From: an uncultured Candidatus Saccharibacteria bacterium
GTDB lineage: Bacteria; Patescibacteriota; Minisyncoccia; UBA6257; 2-01-FULL-56-20
Direction: 5' to 3'
NCBI GenBank assembly: GCA_964484655.1
Contig: CAZAFA010000002.1
Location: forward strand, 123,860 to 187,859
DNA: 64,000 bases
Shown in pieces: positions 18,399-28,825 of this stretch. The translations under genes were made by a program, and so were the position numbers. Below the pieces are notes generated by a model, which made no database searches, was not told the DNA's origin, and saw only the letters and a program-made list of their open reading frames with translations. The number at the start of each line of letters is the position of its first letter. Within the stretch, counting starts at the first letter, position 1.

Positions 18399-18929
18399 GT
18401 GGCAGGTCACTCGCACTGGGCCGGCATCAAGCACAAGAAGGCCCTCACGGACGCCAAGCGCGCCAAATCCTTCACCAAGCTCCTGAAGGCGGTCTCGACC
18501 GCGGCGCGCATCGAGCCGAATCCCGAGTTCAATCCCCGCCTGCGGACCGCGGTTGCCAAGGCGCGCGAGGCGCAGGTCCCCGCGGACACCATCCAGCGGA
18601 GCATCGACCGCGCGTCCGCCGAGGCGGAGAACCTCGAGGAGCTCACGTTCGAGGCGTACGGGCCGGGCGGCGTCGCCCTCGTCGTCGAGGCGACCACGGA
18701 CAACAGGAACCGCGCGATCGCGGAGGTGAAGAGCGCGCTCAACAAGAACGGCGGGAAGATAGCGAACCCGGGCAGCGTGCTCTGGGCGTTCTCGAAAGCC
18801 GAGGACGGCGGCTACGCGCCCCAGTTCCCCCAGGAGGTCTCCGAGGCGGACGCCGAGGCGCTCATGCGGCTCGTCGAGGCGCTCGAGTCCCTGGAAGACG
18901 TCCAGGAGGTCGTCACGTCCGCGGCATGA
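18399..18929 (+). CDS. yebC: YebC/PmpR-family transcriptional regulator (short form)
   Basis: MAGHSHWAGIKHKKALTDAKR... canonical YebC N-terminus; 176 aa. Confidence 0.8.
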   Translation: MAGHSHWAGIKHKKALTDAKRAKSFTKLLKAVSTAARIEPNPEFNPRLRTAVAKAREAQVPADTIQRSIDRASAEAENLEELTFEAYGPGGVALVVEATTDNRNRAIAEVKSALNKNGGKIANPGSVLWAFSKAEDGGYAPQFPQEVSEADAEALMRLVEALESLEDVQEVVTSAA

Positions 18930-19396
18930 GGGTCCTCGGGATCGATCCCGGATCCCGGCGCATCGGCTTCGGCCTCATCGAGAGCGGCGCGAAGCCGGCG
19001 CTGCTGGAGGCGGGCCTCGTGCCGATCACCGCGGGCGAGGACGCGCCGGCGCTCGCGGAGCTGCGGCAGCGCCTCGCCGCGTTCATCGCGCATCACGAGC
19101 CCGACCTGGTCGCCGTGGAGCGGCTCTTCTTCACGAAGAACCGCACGACCGGCATCGCGGTCGGCCAGGCGCGCGGCGTCGTGCTCGAATGCGCGGCGAG
19201 TGCCGGAATCCGCATTGCCGAATTGACGCCGAACGAGGTGAAGCAGGGCGTCACCGGTTCCGGCAACGCGGACAAGCAGGCGGTAGCGAAGATGGTGCGC
19301 CTCATACTCGGCAAACCCGAGCTGGCCCTCATCGACGACGCCATGGACGCCATCGCGATCGCGCTCGTCGCGGCGCAGCGCGCGCGTCTCGTTTGA
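18926..19396 (+). CDS. ruvC: crossover junction endodeoxyribonuclease RuvC
   Basis: MRVLGIDPGSRRIGFGLIE (catalytic Asp), ...VERLFF...; ATGA overlap with the yebC stop; conserved yebC-ruvC pairing. Confidence 0.9.
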   Translation: MRVLGIDPGSRRIGFGLIESGAKPALLEAGLVPITAGEDAPALAELRQRLAAFIAHHEPDLVAVERLFFTKNRTTGIAVGQARGVVLECAASAGIRIAELTPNEVKQGVTGSGNADKQAVAKMVRLILGKPELALIDDAMDAIAIALVAAQRARLV

Positions 19397-19447
19397 CAGC
19401 GCATGCGCGTGTCGTAAGGTACATCGCGTTACCAAGCTACACATCAC

Positions 19448-19681
19448 ATGGGACCACGTTCAGCAGGATTCGATGACTTGGAAGCGGGAGGGTTCCCGCA
19501 CGTGCAGGAGGAAGAGGAGCACGAGCCCTCGTACGACGACGAGGATGACGAGGACGAAGGCGACGAGGACCTGACGCCGCGCGACGCGGACGAGGACGAG
19601 CTGGCAGTAGCCGAGCGCGAGTACCTCAGCGAGATGCGGACCGGCATGCATATCGCCGAGGAGGACGGCATCGTCATCTGA
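19448..19681 (+). CDS. small highly acidic hypothetical protein
   Basis: 77 aa, D/E-rich (EEEEHEPSYDDEDDEDEGDED). Confidence 0.35.
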   Translation: MGPRSAGFDDLEAGGFPHVQEEEEHEPSYDDEDDEDEGDEDLTPRDADEDELAVAEREYLSEMRTGMHIAEEDGIVI

Positions 19682-19749
19682 GCCTTGGAAACCGGGAATA
19701 GGGGCCGCGATGCGTGGACAGGCATCGCGGCTCTTTCTACTATGCCGTC

Positions 19750-22227
19750 ATGCACAAGCTGTCCACAGACGGCGCGGACGACATACTCGACGAGTTCCGC
19801 GACAAGGGTCATAGGGTACGCCACTTCAAGCAGAACCGGCCCAAGAAGCGCCTCGCGGTGCGCATCCTGGCGTGGGTCGGCATCCTCGCGGGCGCGGGCA
19901 TCGTCGCGGGCGGCATCGCCGTGCTCGCCGTGGCGGCGACGCTCCCGAGCGACAGCGAGATAGCGAACCTCAAGATCCCGGACTCGACCAAGATCTACGA
20001 CCGCACCGGCGAGATCCTGCTGTACGACCTCTCCGGAAACGAGCAGCGCGTCACCGTGCCGCTCTCCGAGTTCCCCGAGGTCCTCAAGCAGGCGACGATC
20101 GCCATCGAGGACGAGCGGTTCTACTCCACGCCGGGCATCGACCCGGTCGGCATCGCGCGCGCGATGCTCAAGAACATCGCGGCAGGCGGCATCGTCGAGG
20201 GCGGGTCCACGATCACGCAGCAGCTCGCGAAGAAGGTCTTCCTCTCCGACGACCGCACCTTCACGCGCAAGGCCAAGGAGGCGCTCCTGGCTATCAAGCT
20301 CGCCCGGTACTACTCCAAGGACCAGATCCTCGAGATGTACCTCAACCAGATCCCCTACGGGCCGACGATCAACGGCGCGGAGACGGCGAGCCAGATGTAC
20401 TTCAACAAGCCGGTGCGCGAGATCTCCCTCGCCCAGGCAGCGCTGCTCGCCGCCCTGCCGCAGTCCCCGGTGCGCTACTCGCCGTGGGGAACCCACACGG
20501 ACGAGCTCTTCGCGCGTCAGAAGCTCATCCTCAAGGCGATGCTCGACCAGGGGAAGATCGACAAGCTCCAGTACGACCAGGCGGTCGCCGAGGAGATCTC
20601 GTTCCAGCCTCGCTTCAACAGCATCAAGGCGCCGCATTTCTCGCTCATGATCCAGGACTACATCACCGAGAAGTACGGCGAGGACGCCATCAACCGCGGC
20701 GGGCTGAAGGTGGTGACCACGCTCGACTGGAAGATGCAGGAGGCCGCCGAGAAGGCGGTCGCGGAAGGCGCGGCGCGCAACGAGAAGCTCTACGGCGGCA
20801 CCAACGCCGCGCTCATGGCTATCGATCCCAAGTCGGGCCAGGTCCTCGCGCTCGCCGGCAGCCGCGACTACTTCGATACCGAGCGCCAGGGCAACTACAA
20901 CGTGCCGATCCAGGCGCTCCGCCAGCCCGGATCCACGCTCAAGCCGTTCTTCTACATGCTCGCGTTCATGAAGGGCCTGACGCCGAACACGAAGATCTTC
21001 GACGTCCCGACCGAGTTCGTCTCAGGAGACCCGAACTGCCCGCCGGCGCCGAACTACGGATCCAGCGGAGGCGGCTGCTTCCATCCGCAGAACTTCGAGG
21101 GCAACTTCGCCGGGCCGATCACCATGCGCCAGGCGCTCGCCGAGTCGCGCAACGTCCCTGCAGTGAAGGTCCTCTACCTCGGCGGCCTCCGCGACGCGCT
21201 CAGTCTCGCCAACAGCCTGGGACTGACGACGCTCGGCTCGGCGGAGCGGCTCGGCCTCTCCCTGGTGCTCGGCGGCGGCGAGGTGCATCTCGCCGACCTC
21301 GTGCGCGCCTACGGCGTGTTCCCGGGCGACGGTTCCATCCGCGATTCGGCGACCATCCTGAAGGTCACCGACGCCCGCGGCCAGACGCTCGAGGAGTTCC
21401 GCGAGAAGGCGGTGAAGGTCGTCGATGCGGAGTACGCGCGGCAGGTCAACAGCATCCTCGCCGACACCCAGGCGCGCGCAGGCCTGCTCGGGTCGAGCCT
21501 GTCGTCGACGATCTTCCCGGGCTACGACGTCGCCCTGAAGACCGGCACCACGAACGACTACCGCGACGCCTGGGCCATCGGCTACACGCCGTCGATCGTC
21601 GCGGGCGTCTGGGCGGGCAACAACAGCAACAAGCCCATGATCTCGCAGGGCTCGTCGCTGGTAGCCGCCATCCCGATCTGGTCGCAGTTCATGCGCGAGG
21701 CGCTCCCGATGACGCCGACCGGCGAGTCGCTCAACAAGAGCAACGGCCCGACGACCGGAAAGGCGTTCCTCGACGGCGACTACGCGCCGGGAGGCGTCGT
21801 GCACAACGAGCTCCACTGGATAGACCGCAGCGACCCGAGAGGCGCGCCGCCCGGAAATCCCGCATCGGACGCGCAGTACCGCAACTGGGAGTACGGCGTC
21901 CAGGCATGGCTCGGCAGCGTCGTCGCCTCGTCCTCCGAGCCCGTAGGCGACGAGATCCGCATCGAGACGCCGCTGATCACCTCGAACGGGAACACCGTCG
22001 CTTTCAGCGGGAAGGTCTCCGTAGGTCCCGACGCCGGGGAGATCCAGGAGATCGGCGTGGAATGGGACGGGGAGACGGTGCGTACCTACAGCGGGTCCTT
22101 CGGGCTCAGCTACCAGTACGCGGACACCTTCGCCAATGACGCGGGTTCAGGTGATCATACCTTCCGCGTGACGGTGCGGACCGCGAACGGCAGCGGGAGC
22201 CAGTCCGTGCGGGTGACTACCCAGTAG
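19750..22227 (+). CDS. class A penicillin-binding protein (glycosyltransferase + transpeptidase), PBP1A-like
   Basis: N-terminal TM helix; GT51 motifs EDERFYSTPGID and GGSTITQQ; transpeptidase motifs SxxK (STLKPF), SxN, KTG (KTGTTND). About 150 aa C-terminal extension. Confidence 0.9.
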   Translation: MHKLSTDGADDILDEFRDKGHRVRHFKQNRPKKRLAVRILAWVGILAGAGIVAGGIAVLAVAATLPSDSEIANLKIPDSTKIYDRTGEILLYDLSGNEQRVTVPLSEFPEVLKQATIAIEDERFYSTPGIDPVGIARAMLKNIAAGGIVEGGSTITQQLAKKVFLSDDRTFTRKAKEALLAIKLARYYSKDQILEMYLNQIPYGPTINGAETASQMYFNKPVREISLAQAALLAALPQSPVRYSPWGTHTDELFARQKLILKAMLDQGKIDKLQYDQAVAEEISFQPRFNSIKAPHFSLMIQDYITEKYGEDAINRGGLKVVTTLDWKMQEAAEKAVAEGAARNEKLYGGTNAALMAIDPKSGQVLALAGSRDYFDTERQGNYNVPIQALRQPGSTLKPFFYMLAFMKGLTPNTKIFDVPTEFVSGDPNCPPAPNYGSSGGGCFHPQNFEGNFAGPITMRQALAESRNVPAVKVLYLGGLRDALSLANSLGLTTLGSAERLGLSLVLGGGEVHLADLVRAYGVFPGDGSIRDSATILKVTDARGQTLEEFREKAVKVVDAEYARQVNSILADTQARAGLLGSSLSSTIFPGYDVALKTGTTNDYRDAWAIGYTPSIVAGVWAGNNSNKPMISQGSSLVAAIPIWSQFMREALPMTPTGESLNKSNGPTTGKAFLDGDYAPGGVVHNELHWIDRSDPRGAPPGNPASDAQYRNWEYGVQAWLGSVVASSSEPVGDEIRIETPLITSNGNTVAFSGKVSVGPDAGEIQEIGVEWDGETVRTYSGSFGLSYQYADTFANDAGSGDHTFRVTVRTANGSGSQSVRVTTQ

Positions 22228-22900
22228 CCTCCGCCGCGCGATGCGCGCGGATATCGGCAACCAGCGCCGCCCAGGTCCCGTACCGGGCGGCGTTGCCGTA
22301 CTCCTTCCCGTGCACGCCGTGATCGAACACGTACTGCCGCCCCGCGTACCCTCTCGCGAGGAGTTCATCCATGAGCGCGGGCGCGTCGTCGACGATTCCC
22401 GTCACGTGCGGATGAAGGTTGCAGAGGACGTCCGCCTTCCAAGCGTGCATCGCGCGGTGCTCGCCGCCCGGGGGCCGCATGACCAGCGGCGCGGCGGGAA
22501 ATCCGTGCCGCCGGAGCCAGGAAGCGGTCGTGTCCGCGAGCGTCGCCGGACGCGCGGTGATATACGCCGCCAGGGGCACGGTCTCCGAGAGCTCGTTCAC
22601 CCCGGAGACGGCATCGGAGACAGGCTGGAACGTCTCGTGGAAGAGATCGTCATAGACGTATCCTAGGATGGCGGCATGGCCCTCGGGCGAATCCCAGTAC
22701 GGGACGGTGAAGACGTTCCGGTACCGCTCCAGGAGCTCGCGTCCGGTGAGCCCTTCCGGGTTGCTGTGACGCTCGGCCATGACCTCGAACCAGCGCAGGT
22801 CCGTCATGCAGAGCGTGTCGTCGATATCGAGCGCTATGCCGGAGCTGCCCGCAGCGGCGAGCCGCCTGCCGAGCTCGTCGGCCTCGAGCAGCTCGAACAT
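22217..22900 (-). CDS. HAD-superfamily hydrolase
   Basis: DIDDTL (HAD motif I, DxDxT). Start coupled to the dnaN stop. Confidence 0.55.
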   Translation of the reverse strand: MFELLEADELGRRLAAAGSSGIALDIDDTLCMTDLRWFEVMAERHSNPEGLTGRELLERYRNVFTVPYWDSPEGHAAILGYVYDDLFHETFQPVSDAVSGVNELSETVPLAAYITARPATLADTTASWLRRHGFPAAPLVMRPPGGEHRAMHAWKADVLCNLHPHVTGIVDDAPALMDELLARGYAGRQYVFDHGVHGKEYGNAARYGTWAALVADIRAHRAAEATG

Positions 22901-24006
22901 CAGGAGACGAGGGGCGCGAGCACGTAGCGGTACGTGCCCTCTCCCGCGCCGCGCAGGAGCGCCGGCTTGTCGGGATTTATGCCGAGCGTGACCCGCTCCG
23001 TAGGTACCGCGCGAAGGCCGTCCGCGAGCTGGCGCCAGTTGAAGGTCACGGACTGGAACGGTCCCGAGACTACCGCCGGAACGGTCGCCGTGTGCTCGCC
23101 GACCGCGTCGCTGCCGGCGGAGAGCGAGAGCTCCGCCTTGCTGCCTTCCCCCTCGGGGGCTAGGCGCACCTCGCTGCCCTTCGCGGCGAACACGCTGGCG
23201 AGCTTGAGCGCCGCCAGGAAAGCCTCGCGGTCCAGAGTGACCTCGGCGACGAAGCCCTTCGGGATGATCTGCTCGTAATCCGGGAAGTTCGCGGCGATCA
23301 GGCGCGTCACGACCTGCCAGCGGGAGGTCTCGAAGCTCGCCTGGTGCGCCTCGAAGTAGCAGGACACGTCCTCGTCGTCCCTGAGGACCCGTGAGAGCTC
23401 CGAAGCCACCTTCGCGGGGACGAGGGCCCGGACGGGATCTTCGGGCAGCACAGCGCCGTCTACGGCCGCCTCCGCGAGCCTGAAGGAGTCGGTCGCGACC
23501 AGCCGGAGGACGCCGCCCTCGGTGGAGAACAGGACCGAGGCCAGCTCGGGCGAGTAGTCGGCGGCGCCCTGCGCGGCGAAGGCGACTCTCCCGAGCGCCT
23601 CGCGCAGGAGCGCTCCGGGTACGGTCACCGCGGTGACGTCGGCGCCGCGCGTCGGGATAGCAGGGAAATCCTCGATCGAGGCGCCCGCGAGCGTCCCCTT
23701 GTAGTGATCGGTGGCTATGGCGAGGCTCGCGTCCTGAGCCTCGAGCGATACCCGCTCCCCCGTCAGCGCCGCCACCAGCTGCGCGAGCAGGGCGGAGGGG
23801 ACGGCGACCTTGCCGTGTCCCGAGACCTTCGCGGGAACCGACGCGCGGACCGCGAGCTCGAGGTTGGTGGCGGTGAGGACGAGCTGGTCCCCTTCGGTCT
23901 CGATGAGGACGTTGCGGAGCGCGGGGAGCTGGGCGCCCGAGCCGCTGGCGCGCTCCACCAGGGACAGCGCCGCGGAGAGCGTGTCACGGAGCGTCACGGC
24001 TTTCAT
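22900..24006 (-). CDS. dnaN: DNA polymerase III beta sliding clamp
   Basis: 368 aa, three-domain clamp pattern; immediately downstream of dnaA. Confidence 0.9.
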   Translation of the reverse strand: MKAVTLRDTLSAALSLVERASGSGAQLPALRNVLIETEGDQLVLTATNLELAVRASVPAKVSGHGKVAVPSALLAQLVAALTGERVSLEAQDASLAIATDHYKGTLAGASIEDFPAIPTRGADVTAVTVPGALLREALGRVAFAAQGAADYSPELASVLFSTEGGVLRLVATDSFRLAEAAVDGAVLPEDPVRALVPAKVASELSRVLRDDEDVSCYFEAHQASFETSRWQVVTRLIAANFPDYEQIIPKGFVAEVTLDREAFLAALKLASVFAAKGSEVRLAPEGEGSKAELSLSAGSDAVGEHTATVPAVVSGPFQSVTFNWRQLADGLRAVPTERVTLGINPDKPALLRGAGEGTYRYVLAPLVS

Positions 24007-24134
24007 GACGGTTACTATAACGTAGTAATAACTAGGAGTAGTAGGTGTAGGGCCTGGGGATTGTGGGGATAACCATGCCCTGCCGGGATTCCGCCCTTCA
24101 CCCGCAATTCATGCCGGATGCCCTGCCGCGTGGA
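24007..24134. promoter_or_regulatory. candidate oriC element (dnaA-dnaN intergenic)
   Basis: AT-rich stretch tactataacgtagtaataactagg followed by the DnaA-box-like TTGTGGGGATAA (reverse complement TTATCCCCACAA; one mismatch to TTATCCACA). A further TTTTCCACA box lies in the rpmH-dnaA intergenic region (about 25540). Confidence 0.35.
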
Positions 24135-25478
24135 TTACTTCTTGGAGAGCAGTTCGCGGACGCGGAATATCTTCTGGTTCAGGATGGCGTTCCGGTCGGC
24201 CTCGTGGTTGATCTTCTCGTAGGAATGGATCGCTGTCGTATGGTCCCTCCCCAGCTTTTCCCCGATGGTCGGGTACGAGAGGTCGAGCATGTCGCGCAGG
24301 AGGTACATCGCCACCTGCCGCGGCTCCACGACCTCCTTGCGCCGCGAGCGGCTGGCGAGGTCGCGCGGGCTGATGCCGTAGACCTCGGCCACGGCGGCGA
24401 GGACCTGGTCGTCGGTGACCGGCTTGGTGAGCGCGCGCATGGTCTTCTCGATGAGCTCGTCGGCGAGCGCCGCCGTGATCTCGTGGCCGCGCTTCTCCTG
24501 GTAGAACAGGAGCTTCGTGAGGATGCCTTCGAGCTCGCGGACGCTCTTCTTCATCTTCCGGGCGATGAGCTCGACGACGTCGTCGCCGAGGTGCGCCTTC
24601 CGTTCGTCGAGCTTGTTGCGGATGATCGCGACCCGCGTCTCGAAGTCGTACGCGGTGATGTCGGCGATCAGGCCCGCCTCGAAGCGGCTCCGGAGGCGCT
24701 CCTCGAGCGTCGGGATGGCCTGGGGCGGCCGGTCCGAGGAGATGATGATCTGCTTGCTCTGCTCGTGGAGCGCGTTGAAGGTGTGGAAGAACTCCTCCTC
24801 GGTGGAGTTCTTGCCGCCGATGAACTGGATGTCGTCGATGATGAGGACGTCGGTCTCGCGGTACTTCTTCTTGAGGTCCTCGGTGCGCTTGTTGCGGATG
24901 GCCCAGATGACGTCGTTGGTGAACTTCTCGCTGGTGACGTACTGCGTCCGGATGTTCGGCCGGCTCTTGCGGAGCTCGTTGCCGATTGCCTGGATCAGGT
25001 GCGTCTTGCCGAGTCCGACGCCGCCGTAGATGAAGAACGGGTTGTACTTCGTGCCGACCTCCTCGACGATCGCCGCCGCGGCAGCGGCCGCGAACTCGTT
25101 GGACTGGCCGACGACGAAGGAATCGAGCGTGTAGCGCGGGTTGAGGCCGGTTGCCGCGTCTATGCGGACCTCGAGCGGCACGGCCGCGGGCGCGGCAGGC
25201 GCGCGCGCCGGCTTCTTCGGCATGACGGCAACGCTGCTGCTGATGACCACCTCGATCCGCTTCACGGTCGGGTTGAAGGTCCGCACGATGCCGAGGATGT
25301 CCTTCTGGTACTTCTCCTCGACCCAGCTCTTGGCGAACGCGTTGTCCACGGCGACGCCCAGCGCGTCCCCGGACACGTGCGAGACCGACGTGCTCTTCAG
25401 CCACATGGAGAAGTTGGTGCGGGAGATGCGCTTTTCCATCTCCTTGAGTACCGCATTCCAGAGCTCCTGGTGTTCCAT
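24135..25478 (-). CDS. dnaA: chromosomal replication initiator DnaA
   Basis: Walker [11 protein letters not shown], Walker [11 protein letters not shown]-terminal DnaA-box binding HTH ([18 protein letters not shown]). Confidence 0.95.
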   Translation of the reverse strand: MEHQELWNAVLKEMEKRISRTNFSMWLKSTSVSHVSGDALGVAVDNAFAKSWVEEKYQKDILGIVRTFNPTVKRIEVVISSSVAVMPKKPARAPAAPAAVPLEVRIDAATGLNPRYTLDSFVVGQSNEFAAAAAAAIVEEVGTKYNPFFIYGGVGLGKTHLIQAIGNELRKSRPNIRTQYVTSEKFTNDVIWAIRNKRTEDLKKKYRETDVLIIDDIQFIGGKNSTEEEFFHTFNALHEQSKQIIISSDRPPQAIPTLEERLRSRFEAGLIADITAYDFETRVAIIRNKLDERKAHLGDDVVELIARKMKKSVRELEGILTKLLFYQEKRGHEITAALADELIEKTMRALTKPVTDDQVLAAVAEVYGISPRDLASRSRRKEVVEPRQVAMYLLRDMLDLSYPTIGEKLGRDHTTAIHSYEKINHEADRNAILNQKIFRVRELLSKK

Positions 25479-25625
25479 GTGAGGCGTGTTGATCAGAAGA
25501 GGAGGTCTCGTTGCGGAGGTATTGTACGGGCTGAAGGTCCCGCGTCAAAGTTTTCCACAGACCAGGAAACAGAACCCGCGAGCTGTCCATTTACATCCGG
25601 AAACCCCTCCTGTATGCTCGGCCCC

Positions 25626-25760
25626 ATGTCAGTGACCTACCAGCCCAAGAAGCGCAAGCGCGCCCGCACCCACGGGTTCCTTACGCGCAGCAGCACGCCG
25701 GGGGGTCGCCGCGTGCTCCAGCGCCGCCGGCGCAAGGGACGCGCCAAGCTCTCCGTCTAG
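25626..25760 (+). CDS. rpmH: 50S ribosomal protein L34
   Basis: [21 protein letters not shown]...; 44 aa. Confidence 0.9.
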   Translation: MSVTYQPKKRKRARTHGFLTRSSTPGGRRVLQRRRRKGRAKLSV

Positions 25761-25778
25761 GAGGGCTTTTTCGCCGTC

Positions 25779-26105
25779 ATGATACCGCGCGCCCTCCGAG
25801 CGGACGTTCCTGCCGTGCTCGCGGCGAATCCGCGGCCGCTGCGCCTCCCGTGGGCGAGCGTGCGCGTGCTCGGTACCGAAGGGGAGGGAGGCATCGCGGT
25901 CGTGGTTCCCAAGAAAGCCGCGCGCCTGGCGGTCGATCGCCACAGGGCGAAGCGCCGCGTGGCGGCGGCGCTCTTGGCTTCGCGGAAGCCAGGATATATG
26001 GTCGTGGTGACGCTCATGCCGCCCGGCACGCGCGTCCGCGGACCCCGTCTGCGGGCGTGGTGCGACGAGCTGTGGGCCCGTATACTCGACTCCACGCATG
26101 CTTGA
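25779..26105 (+). CDS. rnpA: RNase P protein component
   Basis: 108 aa, basic, VVPKKAARLAVDRHRAKRR (RNR motif region); canonical position after rpmH. Confidence 0.75.
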   Translation: MIPRALRADVPAVLAANPRPLRLPWASVRVLGTEGEGGIAVVVPKKAARLAVDRHRAKRRVAAALLASRKPGYMVVVTLMPPGTRVRGPRLRAWCDELWARILDSTHA

Positions 26106-26808
26106 GATCTATCACGCCGTCATCGCGGCGCCCCTCCTGAATATCCTCATCGGCCTCTACCAGACCGTGGCGTTCCGCGACCTGGGCCTCGCTATCGCCG
26201 CGCTCACCATCCTCATCCGTCTCGCGTTCTACCCGCTCTTCCAGCGCGGCCTCGAGCAGCAGGCGAAGATGCAGAAGCTGCAGCCGAAGATCAAGGAGAT
26301 CCAGGCCAAGCACAAGGGCAACCATCAGGCGCACTCCCAAGCGCTCATGGCCTTGTATAAGGAGCATGACTTCAACCCGTTCTCGGGCATCCTGATGATG
26401 CTCGTGCAGATCCCGATCCTCATCGCGCTCTACCATCTCTTCCTCGGCATCTTCAGCGCCGACGCGCTCACGCGGCTCTATTCCTTCATCCCGAGCCCGG
26501 GAAGCCTCGATTCCGTCTCCCTCGGACTGATCGATCTCGCGCATCCCTATCTCCCGCTCGTCCTCGTCACCGCGGTCCTGCAGTTCTTCCAGACCAAGCT
26601 CGCGCTCAGCGGGGCGAGGGTCACGGACAAGGCGCAGAGGGTCACCGGCCAGGTCATGTCGCTCGTGGCGCCGCTCATAACGCTCGTCATCTTCTGGAAG
26701 CTACCTGCGGCGGTTTCCGTGTACTGGTTCGTGACCACCGTATTCTCGCTGTTCCAGCAGTACGTCGCGAACAAGAAGATAGAACGGAGCGATGTCGCGG
26801 CCGCTTGA
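26098..26808 (+). CDS. yidC: membrane protein insertase YidC (short Gram-positive/CPR-type)
   Basis: Five TM helices, conserved PLFQRG...KMQKLQP...LYKEH...NP motifs; 236 aa. Confidence 0.85.
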   Translation: MLEIYHAVIAAPLLNILIGLYQTVAFRDLGLAIAALTILIRLAFYPLFQRGLEQQAKMQKLQPKIKEIQAKHKGNHQAHSQALMALYKEHDFNPFSGILMMLVQIPILIALYHLFLGIFSADALTRLYSFIPSPGSLDSVSLGLIDLAHPYLPLVLVTAVLQFFQTKLALSGARVTDKAQRVTGQVMSLVAPLITLVIFWKLPAAVSVYWFVTTVFSLFQQYVANKKIERSDVAAA

Positions 26809-27223
26809 GGAATTCGTCCGCGAGCTGGTAGCGCGGCTCGGCTTCCCCGAGGCCGGCGTCACGGCTGACGCGGAGACCCGCAAGGGCGAGGTGACCGTGC
26901 TCATCGAGCTCGAGGGACGCGATTTGCAGGAGGCGGTCGAGGCGCTCAACCACCTCGCGGCGCGCTACGCCGAGAAGATCGAGCTCCCCTCGGTGTTCTT
27001 CGATATCAACGGCTATCGCGCGGAACGCGAGCAGCTGATCCTCAAGCTCGCGGAGGCGGCGGCAGAGAAGGTCCGGCGCTCAGGCGGCGTCGTGGAGCTG
27101 CCGAGCATGAACTCGTACGAGCGCCGGCTCGTGCACGGCTTCATCGGCGACCAGGAAGGCGTCGAGAGCGAGAGCGCCGGCCTCGGCAAGGAGCGGCGCG
27201 TGACGATCCGGAAAGGCTCCTAG
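26792..27223 (+). CDS. Jag/KhpB-like R3H RNA-binding protein
   Basis: C-terminal R3H: YERRLVHGFIGDQEGVESESAGLGKERRVTIRK. Confidence 0.75.
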   Translation: MSRPLEEFVRELVARLGFPEAGVTADAETRKGEVTVLIELEGRDLQEAVEALNHLAARYAEKIELPSVFFDINGYRAEREQLILKLAEAAAEKVRRSGGVVELPSMNSYERRLVHGFIGDQEGVESESAGLGKERRVTIRKGS

Positions 27224-28359
27224 ATCTCCGACTTGTACAGCTTGTCGCTGACGCGGTCGGTGTAATAGATCGCATTCCCTACCACCTGCAGGCGCGTCGC
27301 GTCGAGGGCGAGCGGAGGCGCGATCGTGAAATCCACCTGCTTGGTATCCAGGTTCACGCCGACCAGGATGTCGTCGGTGAAGGCCTCATAGCGCAGCCAG
27401 GCGTCAGGCAGCTCGAGTCGCTGGAAGGCGTCCTGGTCGCGCGGCACCGCGCAGACGAGATAGGGCGTCGTCGAGGTACCGATGTTCGACAATGAGGCGA
27501 ATACGCACTTCTGCGGCACAGTCGCAAAAGCCAGCTTCGCGGTCGGGACGTAGTCTGAGATGATTCGCAGGATAGCGCCGCGGCCGGGAATCCTCCCTTC
27601 GATGGAGATGCCGTTCCTGCCAGTGCCGTCCCAGAGAGCGTCGAACCCGTTGCCGCCTCGCGCGGCGAGCGTGACGCGCTTGCTCGCGATGTCGATCGCC
27701 CATGCGCTTCCCTGCGAGAAGGCGTTCGGCTTGTCCGAGACGATGATCGTTCCCGCTGCCGGCCAGGAGATGGCAGCGTCCCCGAGCGCGAGGGACGTGA
27801 CGGTCTGCACGGCGCGTCCCGTGCCCGCGTCGTAGATGGCGATGGCCGTCTTGCCGTTCTTCTCGTTCGGGATCAGCGCGGCGATCTGCGAGCCGCGCGG
27901 AGACCAGGTCGCGCCGCGGAATCCGCCGGGAATCACGCGCCAGGAAGCGGTCACTATGTCGAATACGTTCACCTCGCTTCGGGGCTGTCCGCCGATGAGT
28001 ACCAGTATCTTGCTACCGTCGCTCGAGAAGGTCGCGGAGGCGAGATCGGCGATCGGGCTCGCCGAGAGGGAAATGACGCTTAATCCGTTAGTCCGCGTGA
28101 TCTTCCCTTCCCGGCTCATGGAGATGACCGTGCCGTCCTCGGAAGCATGGAATGCGATGACGGGATCAGAGGATACGGTAGACGAGGCAAGGCTGGACTC
28201 GTCAGGCTGTAGAGAGGCGAAATCGGCGCCGATCTCGGGAAGCGTGCCCGAGGTGTCCGTTTCCGATGATGAGCGGTTCTTGATGAGGTAGGCCGCGACA
28301 GCAATCAAGCCGATCAGGATGACGATTGCCAGCACGAGGAGGATCCGGCGGCGGTACAT
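27220..28359 (-). CDS. membrane-anchored TolB-like beta-propeller (PD40/WD40-like repeats)
   Basis: N-terminal TM (ILLVLAIVILIGLIAVAAYLI), then repeated strand-turn blocks rich in G/S/D/W typical of PD40 propellers. Last gene of the T4SS-like gene run. Confidence 0.5.
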   Translation of the reverse strand: MYRRRILLVLAIVILIGLIAVAAYLIKNRSSSETDTSGTLPEIGADFASLQPDESSLASSTVSSDPVIAFHASEDGTVISMSREGKITRTNGLSVISLSASPIADLASATFSSDGSKILVLIGGQPRSEVNVFDIVTASWRVIPGGFRGATWSPRGSQIAALIPNEKNGKTAIAIYDAGTGRAVQTVTSLALGDAAISWPAAGTIIVSDKPNAFSQGSAWAIDIASKRVTLAARGGNGFDALWDGTGRNGISIEGRIPGRGAILRIISDYVPTAKLAFATVPQKCVFASLSNIGTSTTPYLVCAVPRDQDAFQRLELPDAWLRYEAFTDDILVGVNLDTKQVDFTIAPPLALDATRLQVVGNAIYYTDRVSDKLYKSEI

Positions 28360-28380
28360 GGGTGAAGTATAAGCTATTGC

Positions 28381-28818
28381 CTAGAAGTCCTGGCTTTCTG
28401 CCAGTCTCTTGGCTATGTCCTCCGGCACGCCGACCTCGACGAGCAACTCGTATTCCCAGGCTCCGCCGGTATTGATGAGAAGCACCCAGCGACCCTTGTC
28501 GTCCTTGCGCATCAGGGCCTGGCCTCCGCCTACGCCATCGGACCAGTCTTGAAGCGCGTAGTTCCCGGCGATACGCGTTTTGCCATATTCGAATATGTTC
28601 GTATCGACATCATCCATCTGTATGCGGAGGTCGTCGATGACCCTGCCCGTCGGACTGAAGTCGGTCGCGGGAGGCTGGTTCAACGGAATCTCCGGCAACG
28701 CTCCCGCGTCGGGAGCGTCGACGATCGCAGGCTCCTTCTGCGAGAGGCGCACGTAGGCAGCGAGAGCGATGCCGATGAAGAGCAAGGCGAGGGCCGCGAT
28801 GAGGATGATTCTCTTCAT
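28381..28818 (-). CDS. small secreted/membrane-anchored hypothetical protein
   Basis: N-terminal hydrophobic signal (MKRIILIAALALLFIGIALAAYV). Confidence 0.45.
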   Translation of the reverse strand: MKRIILIAALALLFIGIALAAYVRLSQKEPAIVDAPDAGALPEIPLNQPPATDFSPTGRVIDDLRIQMDDVDTNIFEYGKTRIAGNYALQDWSDGVGGGQALMRKDDKGRWVLLINTGGAWEYELLVEVGVPEDIAKRLAESQDF

Positions 28819-28825
28819 GTGGATA

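Noticed and set aside
19872-22139. 755-aa alternative-frame ORF inside the PBP gene
   Set aside because: Same locus as the PBP1A gene, whose motifs (GT51, SxxK, KTG) are in the other frame. The product is Arg/Gly/Pro-rich.
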